Source: a virus
Taxonomy: Duplodnaviria; Heunggongvirae; Uroviricota; Caudoviricetes
Strand: one strand, 5' to 3'
IMG/VR virus record: IMGVR_UViG_3300028481_000068
DNA length: 5,876 nt
Shown here: positions 1 through 4,953 of the stretch, piece after piece
Position numbering within the stretch: the stretch's first letter is position 1
How the letters are laid out: each line of letters starts with the position of its first letter
Program-made: the position numbers and the translations under genes
Notes under the pieces: generated by a model
The model's input: only the letters and a program-made list of their open reading frames with translations
Told to the model about the DNA's origin: nothing
The model's database searches: none

Positions 1-480
1 ATCCTGCTCCCACAATGGAGAGTTACGCACTCCGGCTTGCGCCATACTGATGGTAAGCTCACGGGGTTCTGCTTCTCCTTTAAGAACTGCTGACACAGTT
101 ACCGTCAGATTCGGTGATTTATCTGTTTTTCCGTTAACATTCGACCAGTCACCGCTCCAGCGATAATTCAGGCGTGTCGCTAGCAGGATGGAAGAGGATA
201 CGACCGCGTTTACCAACTGTGCTTCGTAGCCTAACGTTCCGTTTACCACATGCGTTTTCTGCGCCACGGCGAAAGGGTTCATTCCCCATTGTGCCGCCTG
301 CATGGTCACCGCCAGACAATCGGCAGGTTTGCCTTCAAGATGTTTCGGTACAGTCGCTTTGCTTTGTGACATCAACTCCGCGAAACGCACCAGTTGATTC
401 ATGCCCTCCGGGCTGAAGATTGCCGCAGCAGTACCTACAGTTGCGCTTGGTTGTGATGTGATTGCGATATCATTGCTCAT
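1..480 (-). CDS. RecT/Redbeta-family single-strand annealing protein, N-terminal 160 codons only (C-terminus lies beyond the window start)
   Basis: Minus-strand frame from ATG at 480-478 is open to position 1; it is absent from the ORF track only because it has no stop in the window. My translation: MSNDIAITSQPSATVGTAAAIFSPEGMNQLVRFAELMSQSKATVPKHLEGKPADCLAVTMQAAQWGMNPFAVAQKTHVVNGTLGYEAQLVN... The AAQWGMNP segment resembles the ANQYGLNP core of lambda Bet as I recall it (not searched). The start ATG overlaps the TGA stop of the upstream exonuclease gene (ATGA). Confidence 0.6.
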   Translation of the reverse strand, partial: MSNDIAITSQPSATVGTAAAIFSPEGMNQLVRFAELMSQSKATVPKHLEGKPADCLAVTMQAAQWGMNPFAVAQKTHVVNGTLGYEAQLVNAVVSSSILLATRLNYRWSGDWSNVNGKTDKSPNLTVTVSAVLKGEAEPRELTISMAQAGVRNSPLWEQD

Positions 481-1298
481 ACGTACATATCCTGTTTACG
501 TGCCCAGTCAGGGCGTTTAATAATTTCCACGCCGCCCCATTCATCATTGATGCGGCATTCGTGATAGGTATTCAGATCCCGGCGGAACAGAGCGTGCCCG
601 GCATCGACATCCGGCGCATCAAGCTCGAACACGCGTACCGGATACCGACCACAATCAATGCTTTCGCTCACGGCAAGAAAGAAAAAACCATGCGGCTGAC
701 CAGTAACCCTCATTGCGCCTTCGCGGTACATTGCGTCCTGCACGTGGTAGCGGAATTCCTCGATGTGGCGTGCAAAACGGTCCATATCTGCAACCTTTTT
801 CACGTCGACGATCACGTTGTGCTCGTTCAGCCATTTGTCTGGACGAATTCGGCACAACTCACCCGTCTCTTCATCGTTCCAGTACATTGATGCTTCGCAG
901 TAACCAGGTGCTTCCAACATCCAGCGTGCCGCCGGATGAGCCATTGCGCTATCACGCATCAGCTCCAGTTTCCGCCACTGCTCGGCATCAAGTACCGTAA
1001 TCCCCATATCCGCCACATCACGAAGAAATGCCTCTTCGTCAGCTTTACCTTGTTTCGTCCGACGATCGAATTTCGGTGAAACAATGAAGCGTTTGTCGAA
1101 CTCTCCAGGCTCCAGAAGCAGACAGTGCAATGCGGTTCCCATATCCAGTGCAGACTTTTTCTCTTCGTCTTCTGGTGCTGCCTGAACCCATTTAAGAAGC
1201 GCCGGATTCTTGGCAACCATGTCCAGTTGCGACTTACTCACGCCGTCACCGGCGTGGTAGTCTTCGTTGCTGATGTCGAAATAAATTCCCGGTTTCAT
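477..1298 (-). CDS. PD-(D/E)XK-family exonuclease (RecE C-terminal domain-like / exodeoxyribonuclease VIII-like), 273 aa
   Basis: ORF-track protein MKPGIYFDISNEDYHAG... contains RIRPD ... VIVDVKKV, which fits a PD-x(n)-(D/E)-x-K nuclease motif. SD GAGGGA lies 6 nt upstream of ATG 1298. It sits directly upstream of, and is translationally coupled to, the annealase gene, the usual exonuclease/annealase pairing. Family assignment is from memory. Confidence 0.7.
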   Translation of the reverse strand: MKPGIYFDISNEDYHAGDGVSKSQLDMVAKNPALLKWVQAAPEDEEKKSALDMGTALHCLLLEPGEFDKRFIVSPKFDRRTKQGKADEEAFLRDVADMGITVLDAEQWRKLELMRDSAMAHPAARWMLEAPGYCEASMYWNDEETGELCRIRPDKWLNEHNVIVDVKKVADMDRFARHIEEFRYHVQDAMYREGAMRVTGQPHGFFFLAVSESIDCGRYPVRVFELDAPDVDAGHALFRRDLNTYHECRINDEWGGVEIIKRPDWARKQDMYV

Positions 1299-1594
1299 GC
1301 CGCGTCCCTCTGTCCATCAAGCTGATCCGCAAGATCCCAGCGGGCGATAATTGCCATTGCCTCTCGCCGATAGGCATCCATCAGTTCTTCGAACTCAGGG
1401 CTGTCTTTAGCAGCCTCCAGTACTTCCTGACGAACGCCTTTGCCTGTTACAACGTCGAAAGTTGAGGACAGTTGATGAAGTCGGATACTCTCAATCAGTT
1501 CAACTTGTCGGTCATATAGCTGTTCTGACAGGCGGTAGTCCTTGTCGAATGCCAGCATGATTTTTTGAAGATTTTTCTGCTGATTAACGTTCAT
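1295..1594 (-). CDS. Hypothetical small protein, 99 aa, in the recombination operon
   Basis: ORF-track frame 1295..1609. I prefer the internal ATG at 1594 (protein MNVNQQKNLQKIM...) because GGAGGG lies 6 nt upstream of it. The TGA stop overlaps the exonuclease ATG (ATGA). No family recognised. Confidence 0.5.
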   Translation of the reverse strand: MNVNQQKNLQKIMLAFDKDYRLSEQLYDRQVELIESIRLHQLSSTFDVVTGKGVRQEVLEAAKDSPEFEELMDAYRREAMAIIARWDLADQLDGQRDAA

Positions 1595-1596
1595 TA

Positions 1597-1749
1597 TCAG
1601 CCCTCCCATATCTCGTTATCGTTGGCCACATCGCGAGCTTCTTTGCTGACGAAAGCCCACTTAATGCCTTCCTGTAAGGTGCGGAACTTCCAGCTCATGA
1701 ATCCGCATGCAGTAACGCAGTACCAACCGTTGATGATTTTCCACTGCAT
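1597..1749 (-). CDS. Hypothetical 50-aa protein, first ORF of the leftward early operon (not in the ORF track)
   Basis: Minus-strand ATG at 1749-1747 through TGA at 1599-1597. My translation: MQWKIINGWYCVTACGFMSWKFRTLQEGIKWAFVSKEARDVANDNEIWEG. GAGGT lies about 9 nt upstream. The stop is 2 nt before the next start (TGATAATG). It is the first ORF downstream of the predicted leftward promoter. Short, so coding status is uncertain. Confidence 0.35.
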   Translation of the reverse strand: MQWKIINGWYCVTACGFMSWKFRTLQEGIKWAFVSKEARDVANDNEIWEG

Positions 1750-1768
1750 AACTTGTTACCTCGGTCTG

Positions 1769-1783
1769 TTACCGTTGAGGTAA
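1769..1783. promoter_or_regulatory. Operator-like dyad TTACC-GTTGA-GGTAA, abutting the -10 of the leftward early promoter
   Basis: Perfect 5+5 inverted-repeat half-sites with a 5-bp spacer. Member of an eight-copy family confined to intergenic regions. Confidence 0.6.
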
Positions 1784-1811
1784 TAATTATGCGTATATGG
1801 TTTGATGTCAA
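1783..1811 (-). promoter_or_regulatory. Putative leftward early promoter (pL-like): -35 TTGACA, 17-bp spacer, -10 AATTAT
   Basis: Minus-strand TTGACA at 1811-1806 and AATTAT at 1788-1783. The -10 overlaps the first base of operator 1769-1783, and a second operator lies 19 bp upstream of the -35. Hexamers were chosen by eye and the -10 is a weak match. Confidence 0.4.
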
Positions 1812-1830
1812 TAGATATGAGTTAAAAAAA

Positions 1831-1845
1831 TTACCCGTTAGGTAA
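1831..1845. promoter_or_regulatory. Operator-like dyad TTACC-CGTTA-GGTAA, upstream of the leftward promoter
   Basis: Perfect half-sites. Centre-to-centre distance to site 1769-1783 is 62 bp. Confidence 0.6.
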
Positions 1846-1855
1846 TCGAATAGGC

Positions 1856-1880
1856 AATAAAAAAGCCGCCATAAGGCGGC
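1856..1880 (-). terminator. Rho-independent terminator at the end of the repressor gene
   Basis: On the minus strand: GCCGCC-TTAT-GGCGGC hairpin (1880-1865) followed by TTTTTTATT. The plus-strand reading lacks a T-tract, so it is probably unidirectional. Confidence 0.6.
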
Positions 1881-1902
1881 TTACTTACTGAAAAATATGG
1901 TT

Positions 1903-2487
1903 TTATTGTTTGTTTTTTTCGTTTTGGTTGATGACAAATTCAATGTAACTTTCGATCTTTGCTTTCTCGGTTTCGGGTAACAATGCGTAGCGCGAGCGAT
2001 CATAGTTGATGGTCGCAGGGTCGTGCGGGTGAATCAGTAATTCATAGCCGTGACGCCCGAATGCGGATGCAACATTCTCCAGGGTGGAAATGGAAACGCT
2101 GACCTCATTGTTTAACAGGCGGCTGATTGTCACCTGGGCGACGCCGGATGCGCGGTGTAGTTTTCCCTGCGTTGAAAGGTCGCGGCTTTCGCTCATCCAG
2201 CGTTCCAGGTTGTGAGCCGCCAGCTGACCAATGTCGCTTGGTCCGACAGGCTGAAAACCTTCCTGAGAAAGCGAGCGATCGATATCAAGCCAGTTACGGG
2301 GTTTATTGGCGGCAGCTTCAATTTTTCGCGCAACCTGGTCGCCGATAACCTTCTTGCCAAGAGCCCAGCGGTTTACCAGATTTGCCTGAGTTCCAAGTTT
2401 TTCTGCCATCCGCGTCTGAACACCATTGAATTCACGGTCGATCAAGTCGTTGAGATTTTGCCTGCGGACGTCCTGGATACTTTTCAT
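1903..2487 (-). CDS. Phage repressor-like DNA-binding protein with two XRE-type HTH segments and no recognisable LexA/S24-type autocleavage domain, 194 aa
   Basis: ORF-track protein. HTH-like segments QTRMAEKLGTQANLVNRW and GVAQVTISRLLNNEVSVSISTLENVASAF. I see no Ser/Lys peptidase-like C-terminal domain. It is divergent from the Cro-like gene, with shared operators in the 154-bp intergenic region. Confidence 0.7.
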   Translation of the reverse strand: MKSIQDVRRQNLNDLIDREFNGVQTRMAEKLGTQANLVNRWALGKKVIGDQVARKIEAAANKPRNWLDIDRSLSQEGFQPVGPSDIGQLAAHNLERWMSESRDLSTQGKLHRASGVAQVTISRLLNNEVSVSISTLENVASAFGRHGYELLIHPHDPATINYDRSRYALLPETEKAKIESYIEFVINQNEKNKQ

Positions 2488-2542
2488 TTTCTGGAAAATC
2501 GCCTCATATATGAATCAGTAGATGATTCAATTTAAAGCAATA

Positions 2543-2557
2543 TTACCCAACAGGTAA
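2543..2557. promoter_or_regulatory. Operator-like dyad TTACC-CAACA-GGTAA in the divergent immunity region
   Basis: Perfect half-sites, between the repressor start (2487) and the Cro-like start (2642). Confidence 0.6.
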
Positions 2558-2559
2558 AT

Positions 2560-2574
2560 GCACCCCATAGGTAA
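2560..2574. promoter_or_regulatory. Degenerate operator-like site GCACC-CCATA-GGTAA
   Basis: 8 of 10 half-site positions match. Lies 3 bp from site 2543-2557, resembling a weak third operator in a tripartite array. Confidence 0.3.
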
Positions 2575-2587
2575 CTATCCTTGATTT

Positions 2588-2616
2588 TTGTTACCTTATG
2601 GGTGAATATTTATTAT
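2588..2616 (+). promoter_or_regulatory. Putative rightward early promoter (PR-like): -35 TTGTTA, 17-bp spacer, -10 TATTAT
   Basis: Hexamers at 2588-2593 and 2611-2616, by eye. An alternative pairing is TTGATT at 2581-2586 with GAATAT at 2604-2609. Drives the Cro-like gene. Confidence 0.35.
2591..2605. promoter_or_regulatory. Operator-like site TTACC-TTATG-GGTGA inside the rightward promoter
   Basis: 9 of 10 half-site positions match. Lies within the predicted spacer of the PR-like promoter. Confidence 0.5.
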
Positions 2617-2641
2617 CTGAAATAAATATCAGGCAATAGCT

Positions 2642-2872
2642 ATGAGCGATAACGGACATTTCGATTTCAAAAAGCACTGGCTTGCACTTACTCCGGATGA
2701 GCGTGAAGCCTTCGCACAGGAAGCCGGAACGACGAGTCACTATATCCAGACTCACTTAACAGGTAAGCGCAAAATGCCAGGTAAGGTATTGATGAATGGG
2801 CTTTTTAAAGCCTGTAAAACAAGACAATGGCTGCGCTCAAAAGCAGAACTGGCATACTTCTTCTACTCATGA
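2642..2872 (+). CDS. Cro-like small HTH DNA-binding protein, 76 aa
   Basis: ORF-track protein MSDNGHFDFKKHWLALTPDEREAFAQEAGTTSHYIQTHLTGKRK... Divergent from the repressor across the operator region and followed by an intrinsic terminator. Called Cro-like from size, position and a putative HTH; family not verified. Confidence 0.55.
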   Translation: MSDNGHFDFKKHWLALTPDEREAFAQEAGTTSHYIQTHLTGKRKMPGKVLMNGLFKACKTRQWLRSKAELAYFFYS

Positions 2873-2894
2873 TATCCAGCCACAAACCTCTGTA

Positions 2895-2916
2895 GACCGC
2901 CATCCGGCGGTCTTTT
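2895..2916 (+). terminator. Rho-independent terminator downstream of the Cro-like gene (tR1-like position)
   Basis: GACCGCC-ATCC-GGCGGTC, a 7-bp GC-rich stem, followed by TTTT. Confidence 0.5.
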
Positions 2917-2927
2917 CATATCTATTC

Positions 2928-2942
2928 GTACCTCAAAGGTAA
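2928..2942. promoter_or_regulatory. Operator-like site GTACC-TCAAA-GGTAA just after the Cro terminator
   Basis: 9 of 10 half-site positions match. Lies 17 bp upstream of a possible -35 TTGATC (2960-2965), which has a weak candidate -10 CAAAAT (2983-2988). Confidence 0.35.
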
Positions 2943-3022
2943 CAAAAAACCAAATCTGGTTGATCTTTTTTTTGTGTCAGCACAAAATAACCGTAATCCC
3001 AATACTAATAACAGGGCTTACC

Positions 3023-3223
3023 ATGGAAATCATTACACGTATTGATGCCGCAAAGCGCGGACTTAAACGCTACTACACCGGAAAACCATGTAAGCACGGA
3101 CATGACAGTGAACGCTGGGTTTACAACGGACACTGTGTTGAGTGCACCATGGAATCAAACCGTCGCATCAGGGCAGAGATTAAGCAGATCATGATTAATT
3201 CCTCCCCACAACATTCAAGCTGA
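3023..3223 (+). CDS. Small Cys/His-rich putative zinc-binding protein, 66 aa (cII-like position, function unknown)
   Basis: ATG 3023 with AGGG 6 nt upstream; I prefer this over the ORF-track TTG start at 2960. Protein MEIITRIDAAKRGLKRYYTGKPCKHGHDSERWVYNGHCVECTMESNRRIRAEIKQ... has a C-x-H-x-H ... C-x2-C arrangement. Confidence 0.5.
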   Translation: MEIITRIDAAKRGLKRYYTGKPCKHGHDSERWVYNGHCVECTMESNRRIRAEIKQIMINSSPQHSS

Positions 3224-3238
3224 TAGCGGAGATTAATC

Positions 3239-4054
3239 ATGAGCAGACATGCAACAGATTGGGCCTGGGAGACAGATCCAGGCAGCTCATCATTAAAGCT
3301 CATACTGCTCTCGATGGCTGACAGAGCCGATGAATATAACCTCTGCTACCCCAGCATAGAACGCCTCGTTAAAGACACTTGTCTGAATAAAAAAACCGTG
3401 CAGGCCGGACTTATATCGCTCATGAAAATGGGGCTTATTTCAGATACCGGAGAGAGAAAGGGAGCGACGAAAAGAGTGCGGGTTTTCTCTCTTAATATAA
3501 CCAAAAAAGGGAACATTAAAGGCAACCTAGAAGGACGTAATGAACCCGAAAACGGTAATGTTCCCGAAAACGGGAATATACCCAAAAACGGGATGTTGAA
3601 TGATCCCAAAAACGGGATGTTGAATGATCCCAAAAACGGGATCCAGAACCAGTCATATAACCAGTCATTTAACCAAGAGAGGGAGAGCAGGACAAAAACC
3701 GGGGATTCTGTGCCTCATGACCCCGGCGCAAACAACGCCGTGATGAATAACTTTGTTCCTCCTGGTGGGCCAGGGCAATTAGGCAAATTTGTCATGCATG
3801 AACAATGGCAGCCATCAGATGACTTTCTTCGGAAAAGCTCATTGCAGGGGATCTACCTGGACAGTATGCCAACGGCACAGGAACTTGCAGAGTTCAGAAT
3901 TTACTGGATGGCTGAGGGTAAGGCATACCATCAGGCACAGTGGGAGCAGAAGCTGGCAAGGCGGCTGCAGATTAGCAGACAGAAGCAATCAACATTACCT
4001 GATAACAACGTTCCGCACTGGAACAGCCCTGAAGCATGGGAGGATTTCTTGTGA
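3239..4054 (+). CDS. Replication initiator, lambda O-like: N-terminal HTH origin-binding domain, repetitive linker, C-terminal domain of the DnaT/O type; 271 aa
   Basis: ORF-track protein. SD GGAG lies 7 nt upstream of the ATG. The linker NGNVPENGNIPKNGMLNDPKNGMLNDPKNG is encoded by the iteron array, as with ori inside lambda O. It lies immediately upstream of, and overlaps, the P-like gene. Domain names are from memory. Confidence 0.75.
   Translation: MSRHATDWAWETDPGSSSLKLILLSMADRADEYNLCYPSIERLVKDTCLNKKTVQAGLISLMKMGLISDTGERKGATKRVRVFSLNITKKGNIKGNLEGRNEPENGNVPENGNIPKNGMLNDPKNGMLNDPKNGIQNQSYNQSFNQERESRTKTGDSVPHDPGANNAVMNNFVPPGGPGQLGKFVMHEQWQPSDDFLRKSSLQGIYLDSMPTAQELAEFRIYWMAEGKAYHQAQWEQKLARRLQISRQKQSTLPDNNVPHWNSPEAWEDFL
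3545..3645. repeat. Iteron array: five direct repeats of core CCC(G/A)AAAACGG(G/T)A at 18-, 18-, 24- and 24-bp spacing; putative origin of replication
   Basis: Copies start at 3545, 3563, 3581, 3605 and 3629. Copies 3 and 4 are identical over 24 bp. Each core carries a CCCG/CGGG dyad around an A-tract. Followed by the tandem AACCAGTCAT(A/T)T x2 (3647-3670). Located inside the O-like coding sequence. Confidence 0.75.
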
Positions 4055-4836
4055 ACAACGTTTTTACCGCGATACAAAACCGTGACGGAGAAGCCCTTTC
4101 TCGCATGTCAGGTTATGAGCATCAGTACACTAACAATGACAACGTGGTGAACATGTCAGCAGAGAGGCTTGTTGATGCCCTTTTCAAACAGTTGAAACAA
4201 CTGTTTCCGGCGGCAGTGGTAACCAACCTGAAGACGCCAGAGCAGGAAGTTGCTGCAAAACAGCAGTGGATTGCTGCGTTTGCCGAAGGGGGGATCCGAA
4301 CCCGTGAACAGGTTTCTGCTGGTATGCGCCACGCCCGCGCCAGTGAATCTCCGTTCTGGCCGTCGCCAGGGCAATTTATCAAGTGGTGCAAAGACAGCAA
4401 GATGGTTCTTGGCGTCACCATTGACGATGTGATGGCGGAGTTTCACCGGTACAGCAAGGAAAAAAGTTTATATCCTGGTGGTCCCGAAAGATTCCCGTGG
4501 CGGCATCCGGTTATGTACTGGGTCGTATGTGATACCCGCCGTGCAATGTATCAGCGCCAGCTTAGCGAGATTGAGGTTGAGAAACACGCGCGCAGGATGC
4601 TCGATGATTGGGCGAAAAAGGTGGCTTCCGGACAGCAGATACCCGATCCGGTGATCAGCATACAGGCAAAGCCAGAGCCCATGAGTACACCTCCGGACAC
4701 AGGGAGAGACGTTTACCATCCACCAGGGCGAAGTTTCGGGTGTATGCCTAACGCCGCCACCCTGGGGGGAATAACACCGGCGCAGTGGCTGATGGAGGAA
4801 TACAGGCGGGGAAAGGCGTCAGGATTTATCAAGTAA
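4051..4836 (+). CDS. Replication protein P-like (replicative helicase loader), 261 aa
   Basis: The segment AAKQQWIAAFAEGGIRTREQVSAGMRHARASESPFWPSPGQFIKWCKD matches my recollection of lambda P (...RRQWVLAFRENGITTMEQVNAGMRVARRQNRPFLPSPGQFVAWCRE...). I chose the GTG start at 4051: GGGAGGA lies 6 nt upstream and it overlaps the O-like stop (GTGA). The ORF-track ATG at 4036 is an alternative. Confidence 0.85.
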   Translation: MNNVFTAIQNRDGEALSRMSGYEHQYTNNDNVVNMSAERLVDALFKQLKQLFPAAVVTNLKTPEQEVAAKQQWIAAFAEGGIRTREQVSAGMRHARASESPFWPSPGQFIKWCKDSKMVLGVTIDDVMAEFHRYSKEKSLYPGGPERFPWRHPVMYWVVCDTRRAMYQRQLSEIEVEKHARRMLDDWAKKVASGQQIPDPVISIQAKPEPMSTPPDTGRDVYHPPGRSFGCMPNAATLGGITPAQWLMEEYRRGKASGFIK

Positions 4837-4841
4837 TACCA

Positions 4842-4861
4842 GCGCGATAGCGCATTTTTTT
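4842..4861 (+). terminator. Possible weak intrinsic terminator after the P-like gene
   Basis: GCGC-GATA-GCGC, only a 4-bp stem, followed by a run of seven T (4855-4861). Confidence 0.3.
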
Positions 4862-4873
4862 ACGTCTCGATAA

Positions 4874-4888
4874 TTACCTGTTGGGTAA
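4874..4888. promoter_or_regulatory. Operator-like dyad TTACC-TGTTG-GGTAA, upstream of the third promoter
   Basis: Perfect half-sites, 19 bp upstream of the -35 TTGATT. Confidence 0.6.
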
Positions 4889-4907
4889 TAAAGTGTTCTA
4901 AAATCTA

Positions 4908-4936
4908 TTGATTTCGTGTCTTATGTGGTTTTTAAT
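4908..4936 (+). promoter_or_regulatory. Putative rightward promoter downstream of the replication module: -35 TTGATT, 17-bp spacer, -10 TTTAAT
   Basis: Hexamers at 4908-4913 and 4931-4936, flanked by operator sites at 4874-4888 and 4936-4950. The spacing is identical to the pL-like module (operator, 19 bp, -35, 17 bp, -10 overlapping the second operator by 1 nt). Confidence 0.45.
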
Positions 4937-4950
4937 TACCTCAGGGGTAA
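4936..4950. promoter_or_regulatory. Operator-like dyad TTACC-TCAGG-GGTAA overlapping the -10 and the 5' leader of ORF 4954
   Basis: Perfect half-sites, ending 3 nt before ATG 4954. Confidence 0.6.
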
Positions 4951-4953
4951 ATC

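Noticed and set aside
174-416. Plus-strand 80-aa ORF
   Set aside because: Lies entirely antisense within the open minus-strand annealase frame. No RBS and no recognisable protein features.
462-1325. ORF-track frames 462..890(+), 655..855(-), 713..1000(+), 959..1216(-) and 1125..1325(+)
   Set aside because: All are nested in or antisense to the 273-aa exonuclease gene, which has a clear nuclease motif, an SD and translational coupling. Their translations are Arg/Ser/Cys-rich, typical of off-frame reading.
1595-1609. Upstream ATG at 1609 as the start of the 99-aa ORF (the 104-aa version)
   Set aside because: The GGAGGG SD lies between the two ATGs and serves the internal ATG at 1594. The longer form would also overlap the end of the 50-aa ORF.
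1565-1783. Plus-strand 72-aa ORF
   Set aside because: Antisense to the two small minus-strand ORFs and runs into the promoter/operator region. No RBS.
2127-2535. Plus-strand ORFs 2127..2348 and 2212..2535
   Set aside because: Antisense to the repressor gene, which has two clear HTH segments.
2947-2973. AACCA-AATC-TGGTT hairpin followed by a run of eight T, as a second terminator
   Set aside because: Only a 5-bp AT-rich stem, separated from the T-run by GATC. The T-run more probably belongs to a promoter spacer. Left unresolved.
2960-3022. TTG-initiated N-terminal extension (MIFFLCQHKITVIPILITGLT) of the zinc-finger ORF
   Set aside because: Non-ATG start without an RBS. The ATG at 3023 has AGGG 6 nt upstream.
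3121-3303. Minus-strand 60-aa ORF
   Set aside because: Antisense across the junction of two well-supported plus-strand genes.
3346-3633. Minus-strand 95-aa ORF with repeated FNIPFLG motifs
   Set aside because: An artefact of reading the iteron array on the opposite strand. The plus-strand O-like frame is the coding one.
4036-4050. ATG at 4036 as the start of the P-like gene
   Set aside because: Possible, but it has no SD, whereas GTG 4051 has GGGAGGA 6 nt upstream and overlaps the O-like stop. The difference is 5 codons.
3789-4085. Plus-strand 98-aa ORF
   Set aside because: Off-frame inside the O-like gene.
4122-4719. ORFs 4122..4421(-), 4156..4446(-), 4250..4432(+) and 4468..4719(-)
   Set aside because: Nested in or antisense to the P-like gene, which matches my recollection of lambda P.
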